From a virus (taxonomy: Duplodnaviria > Caudoviricetes): DNA of 64,000 nt. Shown piece after piece: positions 1 to 9,484 of the stretch (positions within the stretch are counted from its first letter, which is position 1; every line of letters starts with the position of its first letter). The stretch lies in IMG/VR virus record IMGVR_UViG_3300007541_000021, positions 265 through 64,264 of that record, one strand, 5' to 3'. The translations under genes were made by a program, and so were the position numbers. The notes below the pieces were generated by a model, which did no database searches, had not been told where the DNA came from, and was given only the letters and a program-made list of their open reading frames with translations.

Positions 1-1428
1 TATTTTGCCGGAACTTTCGATGGTGCCATTTCAACATTCCACATGTATGCCAAACCATTATCGGTTCCTGAAATTCAACACAATGCCAGACTTTTGTATG
101 ATCAGTATGATTTGTTGAATCCATATTGTTTGAATTGTAGTATAATCGATAATTGTGATTTGGATTGGAATTTTGTGGAAGTTAGTAATACACCCACTCC
201 CACTCCGACACAAACCCCTCAGGATACTTTACCTCCAACTCCGAGTGTAACTCCAACAACAAATCCGACTCAAACGCCGACACCAACTCAAACAGTTACA
301 CCGTCAGAAACTCCATTTCCGGGTCTATGTCTCTATACACAAGTTTTTGAGACACCTGCTGAGATTATTCCTCCAAGTGGATCTATAAATTCCCGACCTT
401 ATTATGTTTATACTGATAAGATTTGTGGTAATGTTTTTAAAATCTTCTATGATGGAACACAATGGGTTACGGAAGATTTCTTTGACAACACGGTTTGTGC
501 TACTTTGAATTACCAAGGTTTGTATCCTGATTCAAATTTTGCCTCTTGGGTAATAACCCCACCCACTCCAGGGTGTAAATGTGATTGGGTTAGAAACATA
601 ACATATCCAGTACCGTGTACAACACCACCACCTACACCAACTCCGAGTGTTACTCTAACTCCATTTGCAAGTCCGACACCTACTCCGACTCTTACACCCA
701 CAATTCCGCCGTGTAATAGATTGGTTAACTCTTCATTTGATATCTTTATGTCAGACTTAGGTCCGTGTCCAACAGAATGTACGGGTTCACCTACTGGTAC
801 GGGGGCCGCTACTGTAGATGGTACCAACTGTACTGCATCCACGACATATAACTTCTATCCTGAAGATTGTATTCCTGGTTGGGATACCACGCACAGTTCA
901 GGTATTATAGAGGTATGGGCGTCAGGTTATCAAGGTGTACCAGCCTATGAAGGAACACATTTTGCAGAAATTAATGCTCAATCATCTGCTCCGCAATCAT
1001 TATACCAATCATTTACAGCATCAATTGGTACAGATTATCAAATTCAATTTGCACACAGAGGTAGAATAGGATACCTTAATACTTTAAAAGTCGCTTTGAG
1101 TGGTGACACTAGTGGTTTGGTATTCTTCCCCAATGAATATACGGGAAGTACGTCTGTTTGGACTCAAAATGCTATTAATTTTACTGCTACAGAGGTAAAT
1201 TACAATTTAGTGTTTTCTGCAACATCAGGTCAGGATGGTGGGAATTTCTTGGACGCAATTTATGTTGTTTGTGAACAGCAGTTTATAACTCCAACACCAA
1301 CACCTACACCAACTGTCACTCTAACTCCATTTGCAAGTCCGACACCATCTGTCACGCCAACAATAACTCCAAGTCCAGGAGAATGTCCTGAATCCATATT
1401 TATGTTTATACCAAACTTACCATGTTAG
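1..1428 (+). CDS. Pro/Thr-rich multidomain putative virion surface protein, 5'-truncated (end of LamG-like domain, PT linkers, DUF642/galactose-binding-like domain)
   Basis: Frame is open from position 1 (YFAGTFDGAISTFHMYAKPLSVPEIQHN resembles a LamG C-terminus); several TPTPT linkers; central LVNSSFD...PAYEGTHFAEIN...LYQSF...GNFLDAI beta-sandwich pattern. Confidence 0.7.
   Translation, partial: YFAGTFDGAISTFHMYAKPLSVPEIQHNARLLYDQYDLLNPYCLNCSIIDNCDLDWNFVEVSNTPTPTPTQTPQDTLPPTPSVTPTTNPTQTPTPTQTVTPSETPFPGLCLYTQVFETPAEIIPPSGSINSRPYYVYTDKICGNVFKIFYDGTQWVTEDFFDNTVCATLNYQGLYPDSNFASWVITPPTPGCKCDWVRNITYPVPCTTPPPTPTPSVTLTPFASPTPTPTLTPTIPPCNRLVNSSFDIFMSDLGPCPTECTGSPTGTGAATVDGTNCTASTTYNFYPEDCIPGWDTTHSSGIIEVWASGYQGVPAYEGTHFAEINAQSSAPQSLYQSFTASIGTDYQIQFAHRGRIGYLNTLKVALSGDTSGLVFFPNEYTGSTSVWTQNAINFTATEVNYNLVFSATSGQDGGNFLDAIYVVCEQQFITPTPTPTPTVTLTPFASPTPSVTPTITPSPGECPESIFMFIPNLPC
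652..1346 (+). repeat. 29-bp exact direct repeat (652-680 and 1318-1346) flanking one protein domain
   Basis: actctaactccatttgcaagtccgacacc occurs at both positions and encodes TLTPFASPTP. Confidence 0.85.
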
Positions 1429-3716
1429 AAAGTGCATTACTGAATAAGATCACCGCTGAACTTCATGAGTCAACATCTGACAATGTTGTAATGGTTGGTT
1501 ATGGTGCAAAAAAGACAAACGGGGTTTACACCGATGAGTTGGGTTTGGTCTTTGGTGTTTTAGAGAAAAAACCAATACAAGAATTAGCACCTGAAGATAT
1601 TATTCCAAAAGAAATCGAAAGAGACGGCCATAAATTCATAACGGATGTTATTGAGTTTGAAATACCTAACTTATTTCAAGTATGCCCACCACAGTTTTAC
1701 GATTGGATTACAACACCTCCTGGTAACAGAGGTTTGATTAGGCCAATCCAAGGTGGAGTGTCAACTACAAACGTAACAAGTATGTTCAACTCGGTTGGCA
1801 CTTTGGGTTTTGTTGCAATTGATAATGAAACAAACTCAGTTTGTGCTGTAACTAACGCTCACGTAATCATTGACGATCCCTTCATTGATAGTGATAGAAC
1901 ATTGCCAAATCCAATCACAAATGTTGTTAATGATTTGGTTATCCAACCAGGGGAAAATGCCCAACTTGTAGGAGCAACAAATGCGGTGGGAATTGTAAAA
2001 AAATATTTACCTCTGAGAGAGAGTTCACCAAACTATGTGGACACCGCCATTTTCACTTTGAATGAATCTGATGTTTCGAACACTGTTTCATATAAACAAT
2101 TTGGAATGACTGGTTGGACAGGTCCTATGGACTTTGCGACAATTTCCGAATTGAATAGTATCACACCTTTTCAAAACTACCTATATTCATCAGGTAGGTC
2201 CACCGGCGCAAAAGGGGAGGGTGACATGAAATTAATCCCTTCATTGAAGAATGCTGTAATACCTGTTGGTTGGTATAATAATCAAGGTGTTGGTAAACTG
2301 GTTTACTTTCATGGGGTAACTGAATTTGTGGCCTCGGCTTCTACAACACCAACAAATACCATTTGTCAATACCCCATATATGGAGGTGATTCGGGGTCTG
2401 CGGTGGCTGCCGAGTTTTCGGGTAATAGAAAAATTGTGGGACAAGCCTTTGCGGGAAGTATGTACTATGGGTATTACATACCAATCGATGCTATTGTTTC
2501 GGCTCTGAATGTTTCACCATATACTGGACAAACAGCCTGCTGGTCAGATACCGGAAATACACAAATACACTTGGTCGTTGGACGAAGTAATCAAAATACC
2601 ATTACTATAGGTGGTAATACGTATTGGCAGGCAGGATTGGTAGATTGTCCTACCGTGAGTTCTACACCTACACCAACACCTACAATTACAAATACACCAG
2701 CACCAAGTTCCGAGCCTGGGGTTTCTCCAACCCCAACACCCACAAATACTCTAACACCAAGTCCTTCGGGAATTCCTGAAGATTGTTGTCGTAGTTTTGT
2801 TATAGATGTAAGTTATTATGAATGTAGTGGTGTCACATTGTCCTACATTGATTGTGCCGATAATCTACAAACTCAACAATTTGCGCCAAATTCCCTAACC
2901 ACAATATGCGCAAGACCAAATACTATAACCATCATTCCATCATCGTTGAGTTGTGATGTTCAAATTATTAGTCAAGGTGATTGTGATTGTATCATACCTA
3001 TAACATCAACACCCACACCTACACCAACTGTTACTCAAACTCCGTCATCGACTTTGACTCCGACACCAACTCCGAGTACAACACCCGATTTTACTCCAAC
3101 ACAGACGCCAACAAATACACCAACACCGTCATCAACACCACCGTGTTGTTCTACATATCATCAGTATTCAATGTCACCTGAAACTTACACAATTGTTAAT
3201 TGTGACGGGACTGTTGATGTGGTTAGTTATCCGGCATTTTATGCGTTCACGGTATGTGCTTTGAGTATTACACCATTTACTGGTTATTTATTTCCTGAGT
3301 GTGAGTGTTGTTTAGGTGTATCTGGAACATCCATTACTGCAAATGTTTTAGATACTCCTAATGCCAATTCATATTCAAAAGGGACTGCAACTATTGGATA
3401 CTGGAATGGTACACAGTTGTACAGTCCACAGGGAAGTGCTACTAAAGCAACCGGAAATACTTCAGTCACTGTTGGGGGTAGTTTGGGTATTGCAGATAAC
3501 TGTACGAGGGGTGCAATAGAGGTTACCGCCTTTGTCCCTAGTGGTATTCCAGGAGTTACTGGATACAGAACCCAAATCACAATAACAAAAAATGGTTTCC
3601 CGATTGGTACGGTCACTAGCGGTCCTAACCCGTCGGGTTCCAACGTCACACAAACATTTGATTTTGCAAGAAATAATAACGATGTGATCAACGTACAATT
3701 CAATAGTATTTTATAG
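1422..3716 (+). CDS. Trypsin-like (NAL1-like) serine protease fused to PT linkers and Cys-rich modules
   Basis: GTLG...TNAHV (His), YVDTA (Asp) and GDSGS (Ser) triad motifs; N-terminal region resembles NAL1-type domains; PT repeats and small Cys-rich domains follow. Confidence 0.75.
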   Translation: MLESALLNKITAELHESTSDNVVMVGYGAKKTNGVYTDELGLVFGVLEKKPIQELAPEDIIPKEIERDGHKFITDVIEFEIPNLFQVCPPQFYDWITTPPGNRGLIRPIQGGVSTTNVTSMFNSVGTLGFVAIDNETNSVCAVTNAHVIIDDPFIDSDRTLPNPITNVVNDLVIQPGENAQLVGATNAVGIVKKYLPLRESSPNYVDTAIFTLNESDVSNTVSYKQFGMTGWTGPMDFATISELNSITPFQNYLYSSGRSTGAKGEGDMKLIPSLKNAVIPVGWYNNQGVGKLVYFHGVTEFVASASTTPTNTICQYPIYGGDSGSAVAAEFSGNRKIVGQAFAGSMYYGYYIPIDAIVSALNVSPYTGQTACWSDTGNTQIHLVVGRSNQNTITIGGNTYWQAGLVDCPTVSSTPTPTPTITNTPAPSSEPGVSPTPTPTNTLTPSPSGIPEDCCRSFVIDVSYYECSGVTLSYIDCADNLQTQQFAPNSLTTICARPNTITIIPSSLSCDVQIISQGDCDCIIPITSTPTPTPTVTQTPSSTLTPTPTPSTTPDFTPTQTPTNTPTPSSTPPCCSTYHQYSMSPETYTIVNCDGTVDVVSYPAFYAFTVCALSITPFTGYLFPECECCLGVSGTSITANVLDTPNANSYSKGTATIGYWNGTQLYSPQGSATKATGNTSVTVGGSLGIADNCTRGAIEVTAFVPSGIPGVTGYRTQITITKNGFPIGTVTSGPNPSGSNVTQTFDFARNNNDVINVQFNSIL

Positions 3717-3717
3717 T

Positions 3718-6105
3718 ATGAGTCAGTTAGGGGTTCTAATAAGTAGTGATAATTTCAACGGACAAACTGGTAAAGTTTTATTTAAAAATTTTTCAGATCA
3801 AGTCATCGATTTAGGTTTTCAAACACTACCATTTGTATATTCACCTGAAGATGGTGTTGTACAAGGATTGTATTTCATTTATTTTTCATCAACCAGTGAA
3901 ACGTGTTTAGTTGTAATCGGACAACCTAACCCATCACCCACACCAACTCCAACACCGACAATGACGCCATCACCATCACCTGATAACGGTGTTGTGTATT
4001 CATACATCAACCCAGGTTCGGTTGTCATAGATTATGTTGCTAGTTTGGAGAAAGTATTTTCAGGTGATGTTTCATTTGGGTTAGTTCAAAAATTATCATT
4101 TGAGCCAAACATTACGGAATACATTGTTACCAATTATGAATTTTTGTCAGGGTCTACAAGTGGTACCACACAGGTAGTTTTAAGTGGAAAAAGTTTTGAT
4201 AATGTTGTAAGAAATACGGAATTTGAATTTTTTGATGTAAATCCATCAGGATTTGTGTTGGATGCGACACCAATTTTTGCATCAGCAACCCCAACTCCAA
4301 CTCCAACTATTACTGAGACACCAACACAGACACCTACAAATACTCCTACAGTAACACCGACAATTACTGAAAGTCAAACTCAGACTCCAACTCAGACTCC
4401 TACTCTAACACCAACCCCAACAATAACTGAAAGTCTAACACCTTCGGTTACTCCAACTTCTACGTTGACGCCTACTGTCACTCCTAGTATAACCATGTCT
4501 GAAACACCAACACAGACTCCTACACCTACATTATCGGTGACACCAACATCAAGTCTTACCCCAACTATTTCTGAAACTCCTACGCAAACACCTACCCCAA
4601 CTATTTCTGAAACTCCTACCCAAACACCAACATCGACACTAACTCCAACTATTACAGAGTCACAAACTCCCACACCAACTATAACACCTACTAGTGATCC
4701 GACACAAACTCCTACTCAAAGTGATACTCCTACTCCTACGCCAACAATTTCTGAAACTCCAACTCAGACTCCTACACCAACAATTTCTGAAACTCCAACT
4801 CAGACACCTACGCCTACAATTTCTGAGACGCCAACTCAGACTCCTACACCTACAATTTCTGAAACACCTACGCTTACCCCAACTTCAACTTTGACAGAAA
4901 CTCCAACTCCAACGTCAACATTGACTCCGACTGTAACGCCTACAGAAACGGTAACACAAACCCCATCTGAAACGCCAACTTTAACTCCTACACCAACAAT
5001 TACTGAAACTTCGACTCAGACCCCAACACCAACTATTAGTGAAACACCTACACAAACTCCTACACCAACTATTAGTGAAACGCCAACCCTAACTCCTACG
5101 CCAACTATTAGTGAAACGCCAACCCTAACTCCTACGCCAACTATTAGTGAAACACCCACAAATACACCAACACCATCTATAACACCAACTATCGATTGTT
5201 TTGTTTATTTGGTTGACGATTTGGGTAATTTCATAGTTGATGACAATGGTGATTTGATTGTTGTTGATAATTTATGTATCACACCTACACCAACAACATC
5301 AGAAACTCCAACACGAACCCCTACGGTTACACCGACGATTACACCATCATCAACCAACGCAATTGTCCCTGTTGACCCAACACTTGAAATATATTTCCAA
5401 GGAGATCTTCCTACGTTTTATATCCCAACTGCCAACAGTGGTGATACATTTACTCAATGGGTGGATTCGTCATCTTCAGCACATAATGCAAACCCCATAG
5501 GTGGTGGTGCAACACCATCTCCTGAATGGTGGTCAAATGTTCAAAATGGATTGGGAGGTACGTACTTCAATGGAACTACCGACGGACTTAGTGTCAATCC
5601 ATTGACTGATTTACAATCTAAATCAGGACAAACAATCATATTGGTTGCCAAATCATTGAATAGTTCTGCAACAAGTCAGTACATTCAGGGTGGTATTGAC
5701 GGAAATACGGGTTTGAATGCTTCCTATATAAGACAAAGTGGTTCTACCTATAATGTTGCTGTTGGTGGTGGTTTTGCAACTGGTGGTGTTGTTGACACAA
5801 ATCCACATATTTTGAGTTATGTATTTAGCGGTACTGGGGTTTCTAATCAGGATAAATTACAATTTAGAATCGATGGGTCAGGACAGACTTTAAATTACAT
5901 CACCAATGTAGGAACTACAACCGCGATTAATTTGACTTATTTATTTTTGGGAGTTTCGTATACATCGGCAACTGCAGGATCCACTCAATTCTTTTACAAT
6001 GGATTTTTGTTTGATGTTTTGGTTTATAGCCGAGCACTCTCGAGTTCTGAACTCAATGCGATTGAATCATATCTATCCAACAAATGGGCAATACCCTTAT
6101 TATAA
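3718..6105 (+). CDS. Mucin-like Pro/Thr repeat protein with C-terminal LamG/ConA-like domain
   Basis: About 300 aa of TPTPTISETPTQ-type repeats; C-terminus QWVDSS...FYNGFLFDVLVYSRALSSSELNAIESYLSNKW is LamG-like. Confidence 0.75.
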   Translation: MSQLGVLISSDNFNGQTGKVLFKNFSDQVIDLGFQTLPFVYSPEDGVVQGLYFIYFSSTSETCLVVIGQPNPSPTPTPTPTMTPSPSPDNGVVYSYINPGSVVIDYVASLEKVFSGDVSFGLVQKLSFEPNITEYIVTNYEFLSGSTSGTTQVVLSGKSFDNVVRNTEFEFFDVNPSGFVLDATPIFASATPTPTPTITETPTQTPTNTPTVTPTITESQTQTPTQTPTLTPTPTITESLTPSVTPTSTLTPTVTPSITMSETPTQTPTPTLSVTPTSSLTPTISETPTQTPTPTISETPTQTPTSTLTPTITESQTPTPTITPTSDPTQTPTQSDTPTPTPTISETPTQTPTPTISETPTQTPTPTISETPTQTPTPTISETPTLTPTSTLTETPTPTSTLTPTVTPTETVTQTPSETPTLTPTPTITETSTQTPTPTISETPTQTPTPTISETPTLTPTPTISETPTLTPTPTISETPTNTPTPSITPTIDCFVYLVDDLGNFIVDDNGDLIVVDNLCITPTPTTSETPTRTPTVTPTITPSSTNAIVPVDPTLEIYFQGDLPTFYIPTANSGDTFTQWVDSSSSAHNANPIGGGATPSPEWWSNVQNGLGGTYFNGTTDGLSVNPLTDLQSKSGQTIILVAKSLNSSATSQYIQGGIDGNTGLNASYIRQSGSTYNVAVGGGFATGGVVDTNPHILSYVFSGTGVSNQDKLQFRIDGSGQTLNYITNVGTTTAINLTYLFLGVSYTSATAGSTQFFYNGFLFDVLVYSRALSSSELNAIESYLSNKWAIPLL
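4285..5190 (+). repeat. Coding tandem repeat, about 36-nt/12-aa unit (TPTPTISETPTQ/L)
   Basis: For example ccaactattagtgaaacgccaaccctaactcctacg at 5065-5100 and 5101-5136, with degenerate copies throughout. Confidence 0.85.
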
Positions 6106-6112
6106 AATAAAC

Positions 6113-6120
6113 TATTTATA
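6113..6120 (+). promoter_or_regulatory. TATTTAT(A) motif, putative late promoter
   Basis: 12 nt upstream of ATG 6133; the same motif precedes about 15 genes in the window. Confidence 0.6.
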
Positions 6121-6132
6121 AAATAAAAATTC

Positions 6133-6732
6133 ATGGCAACTAAAACCATAGGTCAATTACCACTTATATCAACTTTCTCAGGGGATACCCTTATACCAGT
6201 TCAGGCTTCGGGTGTGACATATCATACAACGTTTAGTGATATGAATATTAATTTTGGTGGTGGATGGGCAAGATATGATGATGGGCAATATACTTCAGGA
6301 TCTCCCCTTACAGTTACCGCCGATACTGCCTCAATAGTCTTACCGAACAATGGTGCAACTACTATCGAAACTTTTATGAATTCTACAAAAGCGTTCTACG
6401 ACCCTACGACACAAAAAATACAAATGCAAAACGTTGGTGATGTATACAGTATGGTTGTAGTTTTCAAAGCTCAAAGTAGTAACGTTTCACAAGCACATTT
6501 TGATATTTCACTTTCGGGTATAGGACCCACACCATATGATAGAGTTTCAAATACTTTCTTGTTCGCAAAAGGTAATGATACACCACAAAATTTTTACCTT
6601 AGTTTTCATTTTTATGGTGATGAAGATTTTGTTACTAATGGAAATCAATGGACTATAACTTGCACAGGTGCTGACGTATTAATTTTTGACGTAATTTATT
6701 TTATACAGAGAACTTACAGGAATTTAATTTAA
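6133..6732 (+). CDS. Putative virion structural/fibre-associated protein
   Basis: N-terminal TIGQLP motif typical of phage fibre/decoration proteins, beta-rich C-terminus, TATTTATA upstream. Confidence 0.55.
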   Translation: MATKTIGQLPLISTFSGDTLIPVQASGVTYHTTFSDMNINFGGGWARYDDGQYTSGSPLTVTADTASIVLPNNGATTIETFMNSTKAFYDPTTQKIQMQNVGDVYSMVVVFKAQSSNVSQAHFDISLSGIGPTPYDRVSNTFLFAKGNDTPQNFYLSFHFYGDEDFVTNGNQWTITCTGADVLIFDVIYFIQRTYRNLI

Positions 6733-6762
6733 TCATTCTGTTTAATTTTTCTTGTTTTTGTG

Positions 6763-6770
6763 TAGGTTTG
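6763..6770 (+). promoter_or_regulatory. Bacteroidota-type -7 promoter element TAGGTTTG
   Basis: Matches TAnnTTTG, 12 nt before the first gene of the glycosylation operon; no clear -33 TTTG. Confidence 0.4.
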
Positions 6771-6782
6771 TAAAAAAACTTC

Positions 6783-8030
6783 ATGAAAATTTTTGTTCAA
6801 ATCGCTTCTTATAGGGACCCACAGCTAATCCCTACAATCAAAAACATGTTAGAAAACGCCAAAAGACCAAAAAATCTTAGAATTGGTGTTGCACGACAAT
6901 TTCATCCAGACGATAAATTTGATGATTTGTCAGAATTTGAAAACGATAGTCGTTTCAGAATTTTAAATATTCCTCACGAAGAAGCTGAGGGTGTATGTTG
7001 GGCAAGGAATTTAGTCCAACAATTGTATCAAGATGAAGAATATACCCTTCAAATTGATTCTCATATGAGATTTGCACCTAATTGGGATGACGAGATGATT
7101 AAGATGGTCAAACAACTTCAGAAAAAAGGTCACAAAAAACCACTTTTGACTGGTTATGTTTCATCATTTGATCCTGATAACGATCCACAAGGAAGAGTTC
7201 AAGAACCTTGGAGAATGGTTTTCGACAGATTTATTCCTGAGGGTGCGGTATTTTTCCTACCTGAGACAATTCCTGGTTGGAGAGATATGAAACAACCTGT
7301 ACCGGCAAGATTTTATTCGGCTCACTATGCTTTTACTTTGGGTCAATTCTCACGTGAGGTACAACACAATCCTGAATATTACTTCCATGGGGAAGAAATT
7401 TCTATCTCCGCACGAGCATACACATGGGGATACGACTTGTTCCACCCACACAAAGTCCTCATTTGGCACGAATATACAAGAAAAGGTAGAACCAAACAAT
7501 GGGATGATGATAAGAAATGGGTTGATAGAAACAATAAGTCCCACCTACTCAATAGAAAATTATTTGGAATGGATGGTCTTGAACAAGAAGGTCACGATGC
7601 ATTATTTGGTTTCGGACCTGAAAGAAGTCTAAGAGACTATGAAAAGTATGCTGGGTTATTGTTTGAAAAAAGAGCGGTACAACAATACACCTTAGATAAA
7701 AATTATCCACCGAACCCCTACAATTATGAGACAGAAGATGAGTGGAAGAAAAACTTTGCATCTGTTTTCAAACATTGCATTGACATAAATTATTCTTCGG
7801 TACCAGAAAAAGACTATGAATTTTGGGTTGTGGCTTTCCACGGGGCAAATGATGAGACTCTCTTCAGAAAAGATGCCGATATTAATGAAATTCAACGTAT
7901 TATGAATGACCCTGATGGTTACGGAAAAGTGTGGAGAGAATTCCAAACGGAAAGCAAACCAGCATATTGGGTTGTTTGGCCATTCTCAACATCTAAGGGA
8001 TGGTGTGAGAGAATTACAGGTAATTTATAA
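6783..8030 (+). CDS. GT60-like polypeptide alpha-N-acetylglucosaminyltransferase (Gnt1/Gnt2-like, Pfam GlcNAc family)
   Basis: IFVQIASYRDP, GVCWAR, LQIDSHMRF (DxH), YFHGEEI and GYDLFHP..WHEY motifs characteristic of the family; no signal peptide. Confidence 0.85.
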   Translation: MKIFVQIASYRDPQLIPTIKNMLENAKRPKNLRIGVARQFHPDDKFDDLSEFENDSRFRILNIPHEEAEGVCWARNLVQQLYQDEEYTLQIDSHMRFAPNWDDEMIKMVKQLQKKGHKKPLLTGYVSSFDPDNDPQGRVQEPWRMVFDRFIPEGAVFFLPETIPGWRDMKQPVPARFYSAHYAFTLGQFSREVQHNPEYYFHGEEISISARAYTWGYDLFHPHKVLIWHEYTRKGRTKQWDDDKKWVDRNNKSHLLNRKLFGMDGLEQEGHDALFGFGPERSLRDYEKYAGLLFEKRAVQQYTLDKNYPPNPYNYETEDEWKKNFASVFKHCIDINYSSVPEKDYEFWVVAFHGANDETLFRKDADINEIQRIMNDPDGYGKVWREFQTESKPAYWVVWPFSTSKGWCERITGNL

Positions 8031-8032
8031 TA

Positions 8033-8743
8033 ATGGTCACGTTTGATGGTAAAAAAATTGCCGACATTGGTTATTTCATCAATTTAGATGAAAGAACGGA
8101 TAGACGTGAAAAATTAGAATCACAACTTTCTAAATTCAAGATAGAAGGTGTGGAAAGGGTATCAGCGAACAAAAGCACAGATTCCGGGCCTACAAATTGT
8201 AAAAGAAGTCATTTTGACTTATTACAAAGATTGGTAGATTCCGACCATGAAACTTTGTTAGTTTTGGAAGATGATTGTTTGTTTTTGGATTTTTTAATAG
8301 AGGAGTCAAACGAGATTTTTGATAATATAAACAAAACTGAATGGGATTTGTTTTGGTTAGGTTGTAGAAACAGAAGGACACCATTATTAAGAGAAAATAA
8401 TTGTTACGAAGTATCTTCGGTTTCTCATGCTCAATCTTATCTAATAAAAAAAGATTTTGCAAAGCACATTTTGGAAAAATATCCAATATATCCACATGAT
8501 AATCACAATAACGTTCCGATTGATGAATTGTTAACTCTGAGCGTTTATGGATACAATGTGGTTTCCAACCCAAGCAGTGTGAATTTTTATAATTTGGATC
8601 AACCTTTGGATGTCTTAGAAAGACATTTCACCGCTCTTTGTTATGAAAAATCACTAACAACACAATATTCTTCATATAGTAATTTATGGCATTATGAAAC
8701 TCATTGGGAAGAATATATAATCAGATCATTTCCTAAGTGGTAA
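8033..8743 (+). CDS. Glycosyltransferase family 25
   Basis: FINLDERTDRR, C..SH, LVLEDDC, WDLFWLG, AQSYLI and PIDELL motifs. Confidence 0.8.
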   Translation: MVTFDGKKIADIGYFINLDERTDRREKLESQLSKFKIEGVERVSANKSTDSGPTNCKRSHFDLLQRLVDSDHETLLVLEDDCLFLDFLIEESNEIFDNINKTEWDLFWLGCRNRRTPLLRENNCYEVSSVSHAQSYLIKKDFAKHILEKYPIYPHDNHNNVPIDELLTLSVYGYNVVSNPSSVNFYNLDQPLDVLERHFTALCYEKSLTTQYSSYSNLWHYETHWEEYIIRSFPKW

Positions 8744-8746
8744 TAT

Positions 8747-9484
8747 ATGAAACTAATAAGTGTCACTTGGTCATACGGGAATGAATCTCATATAGAAGAA
8801 ACAATCCTCTATAGAAGTTTTATTAAACACAATAATGAGAAAGATTTTATCAATATTCATTACAATCGAACAAATTACGAGGAATTAGAAAAAGAGTTTC
8901 ATTCCAAGTTTGGGTATCAATATGAATTTTTATTATATAGAATTTTTTTGTTATCTGACCGACTAAAGTCTATTGATGATGATGTATTTATTTTCTCTGA
9001 CACGACTGATGTAGTTTGCGTTGGAAACATAAATGATATTGAGTATACAGGTGGGATTATTTTCTCAGCCGAAAGACATCAATACCCTAATGATATTTCA
9101 AGTTGGAAACCCATAAACACATACCCTCAAGAAAACTTAGATAAATCTAATTTCTTGAATGCAGGGCTTCAGATGAGTGAGAAAAATTTGTATTCAGATT
9201 TTTTGGAATCTGTTATTGAACACGTTTTTCCAATTGAATATAAAACATTTGGTGGAGATCAAGGTGTATTCATCTATTATTATATAAATGAATTTTTTCC
9301 AAAAATTACTTTGGATACTAGTCGTAATATATTTGTAAGTACTTATTTGACAAGTGCGGAGTGGTATAAAATCAATGATGGAAAAGTACAATACATTCCC
9401 ACAAATTCATTTCCATTTTTTATTCATGATAATGGTTGGAATTATGGAAGTCCAAGAATAATTGAAAGGTATAACTTAATATGA
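8747..9484 (+). CDS. PLOD/LH3-type glycosyltransferase domain protein
   Basis: FSDTTDVV, FSAERHQYP, FLNAG, DQGVF and IHDNG parallel the PLOD GT motifs FxDSYDV, FSAE..CWP, FLNSG, DDQ and HGNG. Confidence 0.7.
   Translation: MKLISVTWSYGNESHIEETILYRSFIKHNNEKDFINIHYNRTNYEELEKEFHSKFGYQYEFLLYRIFLLSDRLKSIDDDVFIFSDTTDVVCVGNINDIEYTGGIIFSAERHQYPNDISSWKPINTYPQENLDKSNFLNAGLQMSEKNLYSDFLESVIEHVFPIEYKTFGGDQGVFIYYYINEFFPKITLDTSRNIFVSTYLTSAEWYKINDGKVQYIPTNSFPFFIHDNGWNYGSPRIIERYNLI

Noticed and set aside
510-4673. Minus-strand Val/Gly-rich ORFs (510-842, 3284-3703, 4392-4673)
   Set aside because: Antisense shadows of Thr/Pro-rich codons in the plus-strand genes
4285-5190. 36-nt periodicity resembling a CRISPR array
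   Set aside because: Units are contiguous in-frame coding repeats with wobble variation, with no unique spacers and no cas genes
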